Below, one piece after another: positions 14,421-27,700 of a DNA stretch of 64,000 nucleotides. The notes beneath the pieces were generated by a model, which saw only the letters and a list, made by a program, of their open reading frames with translations, was not told the DNA's origin and did no database searches. Each line of letters begins with the position of its first letter. The first letter of the stretch is position 1. Source of the DNA: Priapulus caudatus (Eukaryota); assembly GCF_000485595.1 (NCBI RefSeq), contig NW_014577075.1, positions 587,311 to 651,310 on the forward strand, given 5' to 3'. The translations under genes and the position numbers were made by a program.

Positions 14421-15724
14421 ACATGTTTGGTGACTCTCGGATCCACATTGTGTTTGATGGGTATCTCCAAAGCTCAACAAATGATCATTGTCACCAGAGA
14501 AGACAGCCAGTAGAAGCACTACCCTTCGAGTTCTCCCTCGACAAGAAGCTTCTCTGCAAAAGCAGGTATTCCTGTCCAATGCAGAAAACAAGCAGAACTT
14601 CGTGAATGCTCTTGTGAAATTATTGGAAGATAGTGCTGCAAAACACGAAGTGTTTCATAGTCCTGATGATGCCGACTTGGATATCGTACTGAAGGCTATT
14701 ACAAAAGTGGAGTAATACTGCTCTGGTAGGTGACGACACGGATCTGCTAGTGTTACTTGTCCATTACTTTAAAGCAGTGATGGACAAAACACCCAACAAC
14801 ATCTACATGTTCCGCCCGTCTTCAAATAGCTGTGTCGATATAAGAAACTTGCAAAGTCAAAGACAACCGTGTATTGGAATGTAGCGTATTCTACGAGAAG
14901 CACCCTGATTTTGATGTCCTGGAGCATATGGGGAGTTACATTTTGTCCTACCTATATCACTCCAAAGGTGTCCACAATTCACTCGAGGATCTCAGACTTT
15001 GGTGAGTAATTAATTTACAGTACTGAGTAAACACTTTGCTTTAAGATTGGTTTATGACTGCAATATATTATGTTCAATTGAACAGTCTATTAGTATTATG
15101 AATGAAATTGCTAAAACCTTTATAATAATTAAATCTAATTATCTTAATCATGATTAATTTCAGGATTTACAGGAGAAAGTTGAATGGGAAGAAGGCTATT
15201 CAGTTAAAGGACCTTCCTCCTACGTCTGCTACTGCTTATCAACATATTCTGAGGGTTTGCCTTCAGGTGAGGTCTAGGTCCAGTTCTCTTTTTTTCTTTA
15301 GAAAATAGATGGTCGATTTAACTTCAATCGTTAAATAACTTTTAATCCCAAAAGCAACACGATTTTTCATCAGGTCCAGCAATGGCTCGGGAACAGCCTT
15401 GAGCCAGAAGAATACGGTTAGGAGAGATGTGGCGGGAAGCTGGTACCTGTGCAAGGACATTTAGATGTCTGCCCGGAAGCTATCAAGAAGATACTTTCTT
15501 GGGCCTGCAAGAAAGGCTGTGGAAACAACCAATGTAGCTGCAGAAAACATGGGTTATTCTGTACTGACATATGTGACTGTGTTCACGAATGCTGCGAGAA
15601 CAGTACTGGTGTAGACGAAGAAGAAGACCAAGATTGCGATGAGGATAATGATGAAAACTTTGAATCTCAAGATGAGGGGGATGATTGTTCTCCGAGTTTG
15701 ATGAGTGAACATATAATCCTGTAA
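14421..15724 (+). pseudogene. Academ-like (AcademX) XPG/PIN + CXC ORF with spliceosomal introns, frameshifted
   Basis: Motifs HIVFDGY, FLSNAENKQNFV, DDADLDIV, VGDDTDLLVLL, DLPPTSATAYQHILRVCLQ|VQQWLG and CKKGCGNNQCSCRKHGLFCTDICDC. Introns at ~15002-15163 and ~15267-15372. Confidence 0.65.
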
Positions 15725-18700
15725 TCGCTCTGATATAGACTCTTTTCACATATTTCTCTATCTTTTCTAGTGTTTTTTAAGTGTTTTATTCTAAAGAATT
15801 TTTCTAATCTTGAAGTGACAAGTAAATTCGTAGGCCCATACATAGCCTCATACACGAGCGAGCACGCACGCACGCACGCACGCCACGCACCGCACCGCAC
15901 AAACACACACATACACACACAACACACACACAACACACACACACAACCCACACACACACAGACAGACACACACACACACATGTTAACACCACAACACATA
16001 ATATGTAGTAGATATATATATATTTATGTGTCAGTGTGCAGCGGCAGCCAGCGTTTGTTGCAGCATGAGCATTTGACGGCATTTACAGGAAATTGTCCGC
16101 AATAATAGTTGAAAGAGAGTATAGAAAATTAAGCACTTTGGTACCTATAGTAAATAGAATTTCTATTTATTTAGCATTATATTTCATTGAAACGCTCAAG
16201 CTGTTGTGTGTGTAATGTTGTACTGCAGATCTAATAGCAGCCCGTAAGGAGCGTACCGGTGCGTCAGACGCGCCAGTCTAAATGTTGCGCGTTATTATCG
16301 GTAGAAGGGCTGTCGAGGCGTCGTCGCCGACATAGTGCAAAGCAGCGGATTTAGAGAACGTTACTGGTGAGTAGTTTGTGGTCGCTCGATGCACACCGAT
16401 GTACTCGATGTCAGTCAGCCTTATGTGCCGAGCTCTCACACGGCATGTGATACGGGTCACGATTGACACGTTAACTTTCATCTCGGATATCAGCTAATGC
16501 ATTTTCTTTGCCTGTCAGCTCAGTTGGTCGAGCCCTCGCGCTTGCACGCCGCAGCCGCGCCACTGCTAACAATTCGCCGTTTCATCATCTCTTCTTCGAC
16601 ATCTTTCGCGTTCGTGGCGTTTCGCTTCCACGCTCAGGGCAAAATTTTCGTCTGAAAGCCGTGAGATTAAAGCCCTCTCAGGCCGTTCGTGGCTGCCTTG
16701 ACATCCACCAGGGTTCGCGTACACTATACAACACGAGCGCGTGCCTCTGCTACGGGCACCACGAGAGCGGTAGTAGACGCTTGAGAACCCAGGTGAGTTA
16801 TCGTCGCATGACAGAGACAGCGTACCTTTATAGACCGCCTCCCGCCAATGCCGACCTTGGCTGCTTATGCATTAGCGCGGCGTCGAGTGCGCGTGATATA
16901 CTGTAACACCCGTGCCGCTGATTGCAGCAATTACGTCTGGGCAGACTGTTTTCGTCCTGTCGTATAATCACTAAGCAGGGCGTTAATGGCGGACGACGCC
17001 AACTGCGTGACGCGATTTTCCAATTAAATCGTTCGTTCGTTTACGAGACCGCGCTGCGGTAGTCACGGTGGTCTGCGACGTAGCGGCGGCCCTGCGAGCA
17101 TGGCACGAGGCAGCTCGATTGTTATAGCGCCATGTGCTTAGCAACGTCGATGTGCGCAGGGCTTCCTTCATAATCCTAAATTGAAAGTGTAATGTAGGTC
17201 ACACTGTAGGTCACCAATGTAGGTCACACACAAAAATGGACACACAACATGAGTGAGTGAGAAGAAGTCAGTTTTACATGAGCAACCATCGACGTAACAT
17301 TATAGAAACGAAGAGTATATATGATGGGAGAACTCCCATTATATACTCTTGATAATTATATGCGTAATTTTTATGTGAAAAGTAAATGTTGAGATGTGAA
17401 ATCTGATGAGTGGCGACGTGATGGCGTTACAGCCTAAATTGATGGTATGGTTGCCATGCTGTATATCGCATATATAATTTATAAACACCAAAATTAAATT
17501 CACAATTGTGAACGGTAGATGGCGCTATACCCGCTTTGATTTTCTTTGCGATGGCGTTCGAAATAAAATAGGTTATGTGCGCGTTCCGACATGTTTGTAA
17601 AACTTTACTCTAACATATAAGACGTTTTATCAGCAAGGGTGGAGAGGAATACCATTTGCATATAAAAGATATTGTCAATGAAATCTTGCTAAAACGTGAA
17701 CCAGACGAAGTGTGCGACCACCACAGACTGTTATCTGCGTGTCTTATATAATATGCTATATAATGTGCCAAAAACCTACCTAATTGCCATAAAAAAAATT
17801 AAATATCAAAACCCCTGTTAATAACGTTTTGGGGCAGCCTTATTCATTACACACCAAAAATGAGCAAATCCGTTGAACTGAAACTGGACTAATGGCAATT
17901 TATTTTGGCCAAAAAAATTGGCAGTGGCCTCGTAAGTACTCGACTGGCGTGCTCCAAGATAGGGGACGTTTGGTTCAAAAAAAAAAACCTTTCCATAGTA
18001 GTAACAACTAGTGCCCAATTTCAAAACTGTGGGTAACGGTTCCTGAGTATCGTTGAAACCGTACGCCAAATGGTTTGACGGAAGGATCGGACGGAGAGCG
18101 GACGGAGGACGGACGTACGACGGACGAGCGACCCATGGCCAATATCATCTGGACGATGTCAAGCGTGAGCTAAAATAAAACAGCGCAGTCGTAGCTAGTA
18201 CGCTACGTGCCGATTTTGCAATATATCCGCCGACATTTTTTATTATTGTAGGCCATTACACGGAACTGTGAGGAAAAACCGGCAGAAACCGATGGCCAAT
18301 TGAAAAGGCAGTGGACTCTATGAAGGTGGAAAAAGTTGTCTCGACTGTCAATGATATGCGGCAAAATACTGTACGTGACTGGTGCATTCCGTCGCTTAAA
18401 ATTTGAAATAGGGCGCGCTAGCAACATATCTGTAATTAAACGCTAATTTAAATATCGAGTTCCATTTGTATCTATCAGAATTTAAAATCGTTGATGATTA
18501 CGTTCACAGCTATTATGATTAAACTTCATTTTTATTTTATTTATTACGTTATTGTAGTGTATGAGAGATTCAACACATAAGGGTCATTAGGCTTATTTAA
18601 TTTAACGCAAATTATGGTGATAGCTTGTGTTATAGCTTAAGCTCTCAATACATAACTTGTGAAATATTGTCAGCAGGTAGTGTTGTCGCAGTCGTGGAAG

Positions 18701-20366
18701 CCACATATTTTCTCAAATAAACGTTCAATATTAGCATAGCTCTGGCGCATTTGCTTATTCACATCATTAGATCATGCATGTCAGAAATTTAGGATATATA
18801 CCGGACTATATAACGATCATTTATAGCGACTATATCCTATGACTGTATAATATCATTACGTCGCATCACGCCTACCACAGTTGATTCATGCGAGCTATGC
18901 AACAGAACAAAGTACGTAATCGTTTGGATGGTATTGGTTCGTTCAAAATATATAGAGGATATTTAATACTGCGTGGCCGAAGATTAGATGTACACAATTT
19001 GAAAGGCCGTAGTTATCGCGTTCTTTACGTTTAATACTTCGGTCGTATAGAAATATGATTACAGTTGGCGTAAATCCCATACAGTACATAGTTTTCTTAT
19101 ATATTCATATATATACCTTACAAGCAAGTAGCTATGCTTCGTAAGACATTCACTAAGATGTCCATTCGACAAAAAACGAGGCCATGTAGTCTTAAACGAA
19201 TTCGCCGTTTGTTACATTTCCTCGACGTTTACCATCTAAATTTACATAAAAGCATAAAGAAGCAGTAGCACGCACGCGTTCGTGTCTTTAGCCCGGCGCA
19301 CGACGGCGAGTTATTTAACTCAAGTAAAATGACGCAGGAGTTTTTTACGAAAATCCGCCAACACAGTGATTAAAATGACGAATGCGTCAATTACTCAACG
19401 AAAATCCGCCGCACAGTCGACGTAAAATGACTCGTGCGTCATTTACTTGAGTAAAATAACGTCACGTATGGCGCGAGCTTAACGTGTGACGTGATCCGCG
19501 AGAGGCAGCATTGGTGAATATCGTGCGCGCGTGTTCGTGTGCATTGTTATTCTATACATAACGCGACCTAGCACGCGCGGCCGGCCACAGTTATCGCAAG
19601 ACTTACCAGAACCATTACTAGGATTGTAGAAGCTTTCTCTGCCGTACTAGGCCGATCGTCGATGGAATGTACAACTTCTGATTATCGCCTTTTCTTTCAG
19701 AACAACGGAACGTACACAGCCACTTGAGCGTTTCAATAAAATATATATGCTAAATTTAAATACAGAATCTATTTACTTACAAAGTCTTAATGTTTCTATA
19801 CTCTCTATTTTGCCTATTATGCCGACATATTCTGCAAAATGAAGTAACAAGATATATAACAAAAAGTATATATTTATGTGTCAGTGTACACGGCAGCCAT
19901 GGCGGCAGCAGTGTTGTTGTAGATGAGCATTTGGACGGCATTTTGAGGGAAATGGGCGCAATAATAGGCGCAAAGAGAGTTATAGAACATGTAAGACTTG
20001 TGCGTAGTAAATAGATTTCGTATTTTATTTAGCAGACATATTTTAATTGACGCCTGCCAAGTGCCTGCGCGCACGTAAAATTCTCGCTCTCGTGCGGAGA
20101 GAATGTAAATAGTGTGAGTGTTTTCGAACGCAAATAACCTAAATACAGGCGTCAGCACATTCCATTAATTTAAGCAGTTCTATATTTGTCCACTACTAGG
20201 CCAATATAATGAAAACCTATGTGTTCCTATCGCGCTCAACTATTCTCTCTCTTTCCTCTTTTCTCTCTTTCTCTCTTTTCTCTACTTCGTCCATGATCTT
20301 TACTCTCTTTCTCTTCTATGTGCGTTGCGTGCGTGCGTTGCGTTGCGTGCGTGCGTGCGTGCGTTG

Positions 20367-20401
<35 letters not shown>

Positions 20402-21180
20402 TGGCGTAGCGTGCGGCGTCGTGCGTGGCGTGCGTGCGGAGTGGCTGTGCGTGGCGTGCGTGAGTGTGTGCGCAGCCGCCGTGTGTGTGTCTTTCTGTTT
20501 TGTTCTATCTTCCAGTTATAAAACGTTTAACTCTCTTTCGACTCTTACTTATGGTCAGGATCTAGCTTCTAGACTATAGCCGCGTAGCAGTTCCGCAGAG
20601 CGTAATGAACTTCTTGGTACCTAAGTTTACATCTGCACTATGCTCGCCATTGGCTTCACGAAAAATGCTCACAAAACGGCAAAATGTCGGGGCTTTTTAA
20701 CACTTATTTATATCTACTATGGACATCTCAGCCTATCTTTTTTTGAACTTTCACACAAAGTGCGTTGAGTATCGCGTTATAACCATATGCTTTCATGGAG
20801 CTTTTACGTGCATTCTATTGGTGCGACCGAGAGCGCACTAAAAGCCTATATTTTTGTCGCTATCGACTTTTTTAATATTCACATATGAGCCATAAAGCCT
20901 CGTATGACTATCTTCTAAAGCTATCATATACAACACTCCCTATTATCGGGCAAATGTCATCATTTCACCGTTTTGAGCACGTTCGCATGGTAAATGCGTT
21001 TTTACTGTGCACTCGACATTAAAAGCGGAATGAAGTATGAACCATCCTCGTACGTATACCGCCATCTTCCACGTTGCCGCGCAATTTCAACATTCACCAG
21101 GTGTTCTTAGTAATCATGTATAAAACGACACAGATGCGATTCTAAAATAAATAGGGAAATAGAGAGAAAGAGAGCAGAAG
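14980..21180 (+). repeat. Indel-rich direct copy of 1-6060
   Basis: Colinear with 1-6060 throughout, with many single-base indels. Confidence 0.85.
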
Positions 21181-21248
21181 AGAGAGAGAGAAAAGAGAGA
21201 GAGAGAGAGAAAGCGAGAGAGAGAGAGAGAGACAGAGAGAGGAAGAAG

Positions 21249-21291
<43 letters not shown>

Positions 21292-21690
21292 TGAGATAGA
21301 GAAACTGCGACAGAGTCAGAGACAAACAGAGACAGGGACAGAGGCAGTGAGTGAGTGAGTGTGTGAGTGAGTGAGTGAGTGAGTGAGTGAGTGAGGACGT
21401 GAGTGAGTGAGTTGAGTGAGTGAGTGAGTGAGTGAGTGAGTGAGTGTAGTGAGTGAGTGAGTGAGTGAGTGAGTGAGAGTGGGAGTGAGTGAGAGAGTGA
21501 GTGATGAGTGAAGTGAGTGAGTGAGTTGAGTGAGTGAGTGAGTGAGTGAGTGAGTGAGTTGAGAGTGAGTAGTGAGTGAGTGAGTGAGTGAGTGAGTGAG
21601 TGAGTGAGTGAGTGAGATGTGAGTGAGGAGTAAGTGAGTGAGTGAGTGAGTGAGAGTGAGTGAGTGAGTGAGTGAGAGTGAAAGAGAGAA
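21160..21690. repeat. (GA)n plus (GTGA)n microsatellite
   Basis: Seen directly in the sequence. Confidence 0.95.
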
Positions 21691-23613
21691 GGGGGTAAGA
21701 GTGACCGAGATAATTACTTACCCTTACTAAGTAGCAACAGCATTAGCAGGTGAAGCAGCAGGTTGACATTGATCCACGGATCCATTCGCTAGCTACACTG
21801 ACACACAACAATAACGAATACGATTTCCTTTCTGCTTCCGCTGTCTGCACCACCGCGGAGCCGCCCGTTGCCAAATACAGAGTGGATAGCGATTCAGGCA
21901 TGCGTGAATGTAAGCGTTGGCTGTGAGTGGGCTGTCGGCGCGTGTATGCGTGTATTTAGGCGTATGAGTGCATGTACATGCGTGTGCGCGTACGCGTGGC
22001 GAGATGTCGTCTGCGTCGCTCGTCGAGCGCGCGATATCGCCGTTCGCGCGTTCGCCGCACGTACCCGTGCGCATGCGCGTGTAAGCCTATCAATGCCCGA
22101 TGACGTATCATCACGCCGGGAGGTGGCGCGCGCATGCACCCCGCACTTCTCTAGTATCTAGCTTCTCTTCTCTTCCTTAAGCCGGCGTAAATTTTCCTCG
22201 ACGAGACGTAATTAATTGGGTGTCGTTTTACGTTCCCGCTGCGCGATCCTCGCGTGCGGTCGCGCGACGGTTTTGAGGCGAATTACTCGTTAAGTAAAGG
22301 GGCGAGAAAGGCTCAGATGGAAAAGTAAAGTGGGCTCGGGTTTCGTGCATGGCCGAAAGCAATTTATCGTAAACGGCACATGTTTAAGAGGGCAGCCGCA
22401 GTAGACGTAGTGGTGTTAGCGTGGATGCTTGCAAAACGATGTCGAGTGGTAAAACAGTGTGAAATACCTCTCGTATTGAAAGGAGACTCCGCTTTATCAA
22501 GCCAGCTTGAAACACATTTAGTGCACGGATTGTGCTATTTGGTTCTCCCTCGATGGAGCTATATTCAAAATAAAGTGTTCGTTTGGGCTTAGACTAAACG
22601 TATCATAATGGTTATTTGCCTATAGGATATACTTTCCCAGGACTACGTTTTTCAGGCTTGTCTGCAAATAGGAGAATCGAAGGTCCAGGTGGCAGTAAAG
22701 TTTAGACAGCTATACAGGATAACACAATTTGGCGGTGTTATGCCTAACATATGGCCTACCAGTGTGCATATAGTTTCGAAGAAACCCAATATTCAGTGTA
22801 TATTAAGAAATTCAAGTAAAATACTAATGCTTCAAGATGCATCTATCTTGGCATTTTTTTATGCACACCTGACGAGGTTTCTGAAAAATTACATGCATGC
22901 TCGCCAGGAATTTGCGCTGGTGGACCATCCCGGTGGATTTAATGCTCTGATCACGTCAACAACGATTTTTACAATTAGATATGCAATCGTCAGTCTGCTG
23001 TAGCAAAATAGCTTATCGTTCGCTGAACAAAACACTTATTACGGACAAGATGGATAGATTTGATCTGTTCGTTTATTGTCGTGTAATTGTTAGAATTCAC
23101 AAAATTTATATAATTTCATCGAGCGGCTGTGACAAGGTTTGTATGCATTTTCGCCGGCAGGTAGCAGCACAGGAGGGGAATGCCACGCAAGCTTGCATTC
23201 ACATTTGAATAATTTCATGGTCACGGCCATCACCAGGAGGGAAATGACTTCAGCCAACGGATTATCATCCGTGCTCTTGCCACTAATTAAGCGTTTAATT
23301 AGAACCCGATAGTGAATGCGTTCAGAGTGGGCGCTGGGTGGGAGCTAAAGCAGTCTCCACGTGCGTTAAATTTTACCTCTATCCGACTCATTTCTATGGC
23401 ATTGTTTTCATTGTCTACTATATAAAATTAATGAAGGACACTCACTCTAGCTACATAATACACATTAAGTAAGGCAAATGTGATGAAGAGAGCATTCGCA
23501 TGAGAATGATGGGGATTATATTAAAAATACCGTAGATAATTATTAGACGAATTAAGAACTGGATGGCATTACCTACTGCAAAGAAACTTAATCTTAAAGC
23601 AGAATATTCTATT

Positions 23614-24647
23614 TTAGACAACAAGTGCTGCCACGAAAGCTAAGAGAAAGATTACGTTTTTTGTATAGGAAAATCGGTATCCACTGCCATTCGTTACCTT
23701 CTCCCAGCCAACGCATTGGTTGCAATTGAACGCGTTATTTGGATCATATTTCTTTTTTATCTCGAGTAAACGGTCATATTTTGGACCCCAGAATTCTTCA
23801 GCGTAATCCGGGATATCAAATCCGGGTTCGTTGTAGTAAACACCACGGCCGTATTTCTTCATCATTGGATACCACTCATCACTGAAGAATCTGCAGAACA
23901 ACAGTCGGATGGTTACGTTAAAAAATGGCTGCAGCAGCAGGCAAATACACGCATGGAGGCTGAGGTGCCGTGACGATACGACGTATAAGGTAGGAACATC
24001 TATCTCGTATTTCTCGTTGCCACTATCCACCGTGTTGCACTGCACTATACGTGAGGTAAACCGCTAGTTACTGCGTATTGACAGGTGGTGCCCCCTGGTG
24101 TCGAGGAAAGACACGTAAAAACGCTACAATATATATACAAACAAATATATATATATTTATATTTATATTAAGCAGGCATCCTTGTATGTGTACGGCAGAT
24201 GAGAGAATGGTTGCTAAGATAGTTGTAGTGGCGATCGCCGTGATGGTATGTATGGTGAGCGGTAAAGACTACTGCATGCCTCACCAATCGTGCTGGCCGA
24301 AGGCGGAAACCATAGAGAAGTTCGACAATTCTCTCTCTACAAAAGCAAATGTTCTGACTCCAGACCTGGGCCCGTGGTTTTGGCTAGCGTGTACAATGAA
24401 GAACACATATCAGCAAAGGTTAGTCACGAAGTAGACCGTTCCTACCGAGTACCAGATATAAGGCTATAGGATTTATAATGATGTTGTAAACACCATATAG
24501 TCGGTTAAATTTTTTATCACAATATATTTGGAAACTTCTTGACGTGCTTGACATACATGGCGCGCGTACTTGTTACACAATTTGCAAGTTTGTATTTCGT
24601 TTCACTATATATTCGTAGAATAATACACACACACGCACACACACACA

Positions 24648-24707
<60 letters not shown>

Positions 24708-27700
24708 GTGACACCGACACATGCAACAACCCGTTCGTCATCGATATCCGTACTATCTATTGTAACCGTATATTGGAACCGATCAATTGCATTGTAATTG
24801 TAACTATCTAGTAAAATTGCTTATTAGTCTTAATTTTTCTGTAGGAAGCCTGGAATGGTCGTCACAGCGCGTACGACCGAGGATGTGCAGAACGCAGTTC
24901 TGTTCGCTAACGAGCACAACATCCGCATCACGGTCGCGTCGTCTGGTCACTGCTACCTCGGCAGGTCCGCAGAGGACGGCAGTCTTCTCATCAACCTAGG
25001 AGCCATGATAGCGATGAATATCAAGACTAATGTTCCTACTCTATCAGACACGGGAGCGATCGCCATCGTGCAGCCAGCTGTGACGAACGCCATGATTCAC
25101 CCGAAGGTAGTAAACGCGTTGATAATACTATTATAGTGACCGAGTGTTGTTTGCTTTCATCGGTCAAGCAGGCGATTCCATCACCACGATGTTCAGCCAA
25201 TGGTCATCGTGACCATACACGCCCACTAGCTAACGCGCGTCGTCTGGCTAGTACTAGCTTATATATTCTTAAACAAATACTTGCCAGAGTCGTGTTTTAT
25301 TTTCCTTATTTACGAATATTGTTTGAATAGCGCCCACCGTTATAGTATTAGGCGGATTCGTGCGCGACTAATGCTTGCTTGTTCAGCTCATGACTGTTCA
25401 TCTTTGTATAGGCTAATGATGAAGGGTATTTGGCGGCGGCGGGAAGCTGCCCATATTATATCGTAGCGCTTCTAAGATCACTGCATACCTGAGTATCCTA
25501 TCTTCACCGTAATTCTTATTCATAAGTGCGCCACAGGTGCTCGAGAATACTGCGTCATGTAAATAGTCGCTGACGGCCGTCTCGTTCCGACCCACGCTTG
25601 TCATACCTGATATGGCAGACGGGCGGTACACGATTACAAACATCACGAGCAGGAGTAGATAATAGGGATAGTAGATATAATTCGCTATTATCTACTCCTG
25701 ATCACGAGGCATGTCGACGCTGAGTGGTCATACACACGTTATTCACATGCACATGCATTCAGCATATTTTACCCACATTTCTGTATCTAATTATTTCACT
25801 GGGCGTTTTCTCGATCGCTCTACAAGCGTTTATATTTGCATACGCACACTATTGACACTGTCAGATAACCTATTTTACTGGGGATGCAACCGCACGACCT
25901 AGGCCACGAAGTTGACCCGGCTGCGTACAAAAAAAACTTTGTTAGCGGTTCGGAGGAAGCGATCGCGTGTTTACGGCACATCGCTGCTGCGTAATTGCGC
26001 ATGCGTGCATCGTCGCGGTTTTCTATAATTATACTAGTATATAAATAAATAAATAAATATTTATTTATTTATTTATTTATTTATGATTTATTATGGCATA
26101 TATATGGTAGGTGGCGTGTCGGTGCTCACCTCCGACGTGGGCGGCGGTGCACGAGACGACGACGTACTCGTCGCCACGCCCCGCTGCATCGTACATGAGG
26201 CGAGTCATCTCGGCGGCAAACTCGCGGGTGAGAAACTCCGGTTGCTGCAGACGGTTGTCGATGGCGATGGGGAAGCCCGTCGGATCGTTCACGTACTGCT
26301 GGTACTCCCAGAAGTTCGCGTAATCCTTGAACGAGCACTCCTTGCCCGTTGTCCAATCCGGACGATAGTCGACCAGCGGCTGAACCTGCGCGCGTGCCGC
26401 CTCGTCGGCCTTGCCGTTGTGCAGGAGGGCGAAAACCACTTTCCCCGGTGTCCGGCTGCCTTGCGGGTTTGGGATGCCGGTACTGATTAAGAGGTAACCG
26501 CTCCAGTAATTGTCCATGATCGGCAGAGTGTTAAGGAAGTAATGCGTGAGTATATCCTCGGCGTAGATGTCGCTGCCGACGACGCTGTTGAATGGATACG
26601 CGCATATGAGCGACGTGAAGCCTGGGTTGGCTTCATGCAGCTTCACGGTGTACTGCGTTACGACACCGAAGGCGCCCCCTCCTCCGCGTATGGCCCAGAA
26701 CAGGTCAGCGTCAGGCGTCGAGCGTACCTGCGAAACAGTAGAGAATACGATGGTGTGCTGACGCGTGGCGATCGGGAACACTCGTGTGATCTCGCGGACA
26801 GTCTCGGTGAAATTACGGGAAATGTCAGTCTAGTTCACTGCTGACGATAGATTATCAGTGAACATTATCACACGTCACCTGACACCTAATTTGCGACGGC
26901 CTGCATCATTCGTCAGTACCATCCCGCACTGTATACCTGATATCCCATATACCTGGCCATCTCTATCCGTAGTCACTGTTCCAGACTCGCTCAGCTCTGC
27001 TATAGCGCCATCGGCTAGAACCATGGTGGCCGCAATGAGGTTGTCTGCGCCAAGGCCGAGACTTCTGGTGTTCGGGCTATGACCACCGCCTATAAGAAAC
27101 CCACCCATCGCAACAGTCGGACAGCTGCCAGCTGGGGCAAGGTAGCCCGCCGCACTGACCTAAAGAACGAAAGGCGCACGGTTTCACCATCTTACTATAA
27201 TTTGGCGAATGTTGTTTGTATGTATGTATGTTTGTGAAAGGCTCCGTCAGTTTGCATCCAAATAGCGCCAAATTTACAGAAGAGATCGATGAGTACACGG
27301 GACGTGTTGTAAACTATACTCGGTTGAAAACCGTTTGTTCGGTCTTAAAAAAGACACAAAAACACAAAAAAGGTAAGCATTTGCCTGAAGATAGGGGGCG
27401 CTGTTTTGTTTACGTTCTGTTTGTATTTCGTTGTTTCAACAGGTTTCAATTTCGTGTTGTTCTGTGTATCTCTGTTCTGTGTCTGTGTGTCTGAGATTTG
27501 TGTAAGCCCCATAATGTAAGTAGAAATAACCATGTAATAATGAAGTTAAATATTCAGTAGCTATTTAGCCATAGTTTCCCATATGCGATGTGCAAGTTGA
27601 ATTTCATCAGTGCAGATTTTTTTTTGGAAGTCTGCAATGCTGTACAGTGTACGGGTGCCGTGTACACCGATCTGTGTGGGTGTGTGTATTTCACTGTGTA

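Noticed and set aside
21721..22301. piggyBac-like CCCTT...AAGGG ends
   Set aside because: The match is short and imperfect, with no TTAA duplication.
26083..26844. Plus-strand ORFs over A exon 4 (and similar ORFs opposite B exons)
   Set aside because: Antisense shadows of GC-rich coding exons.
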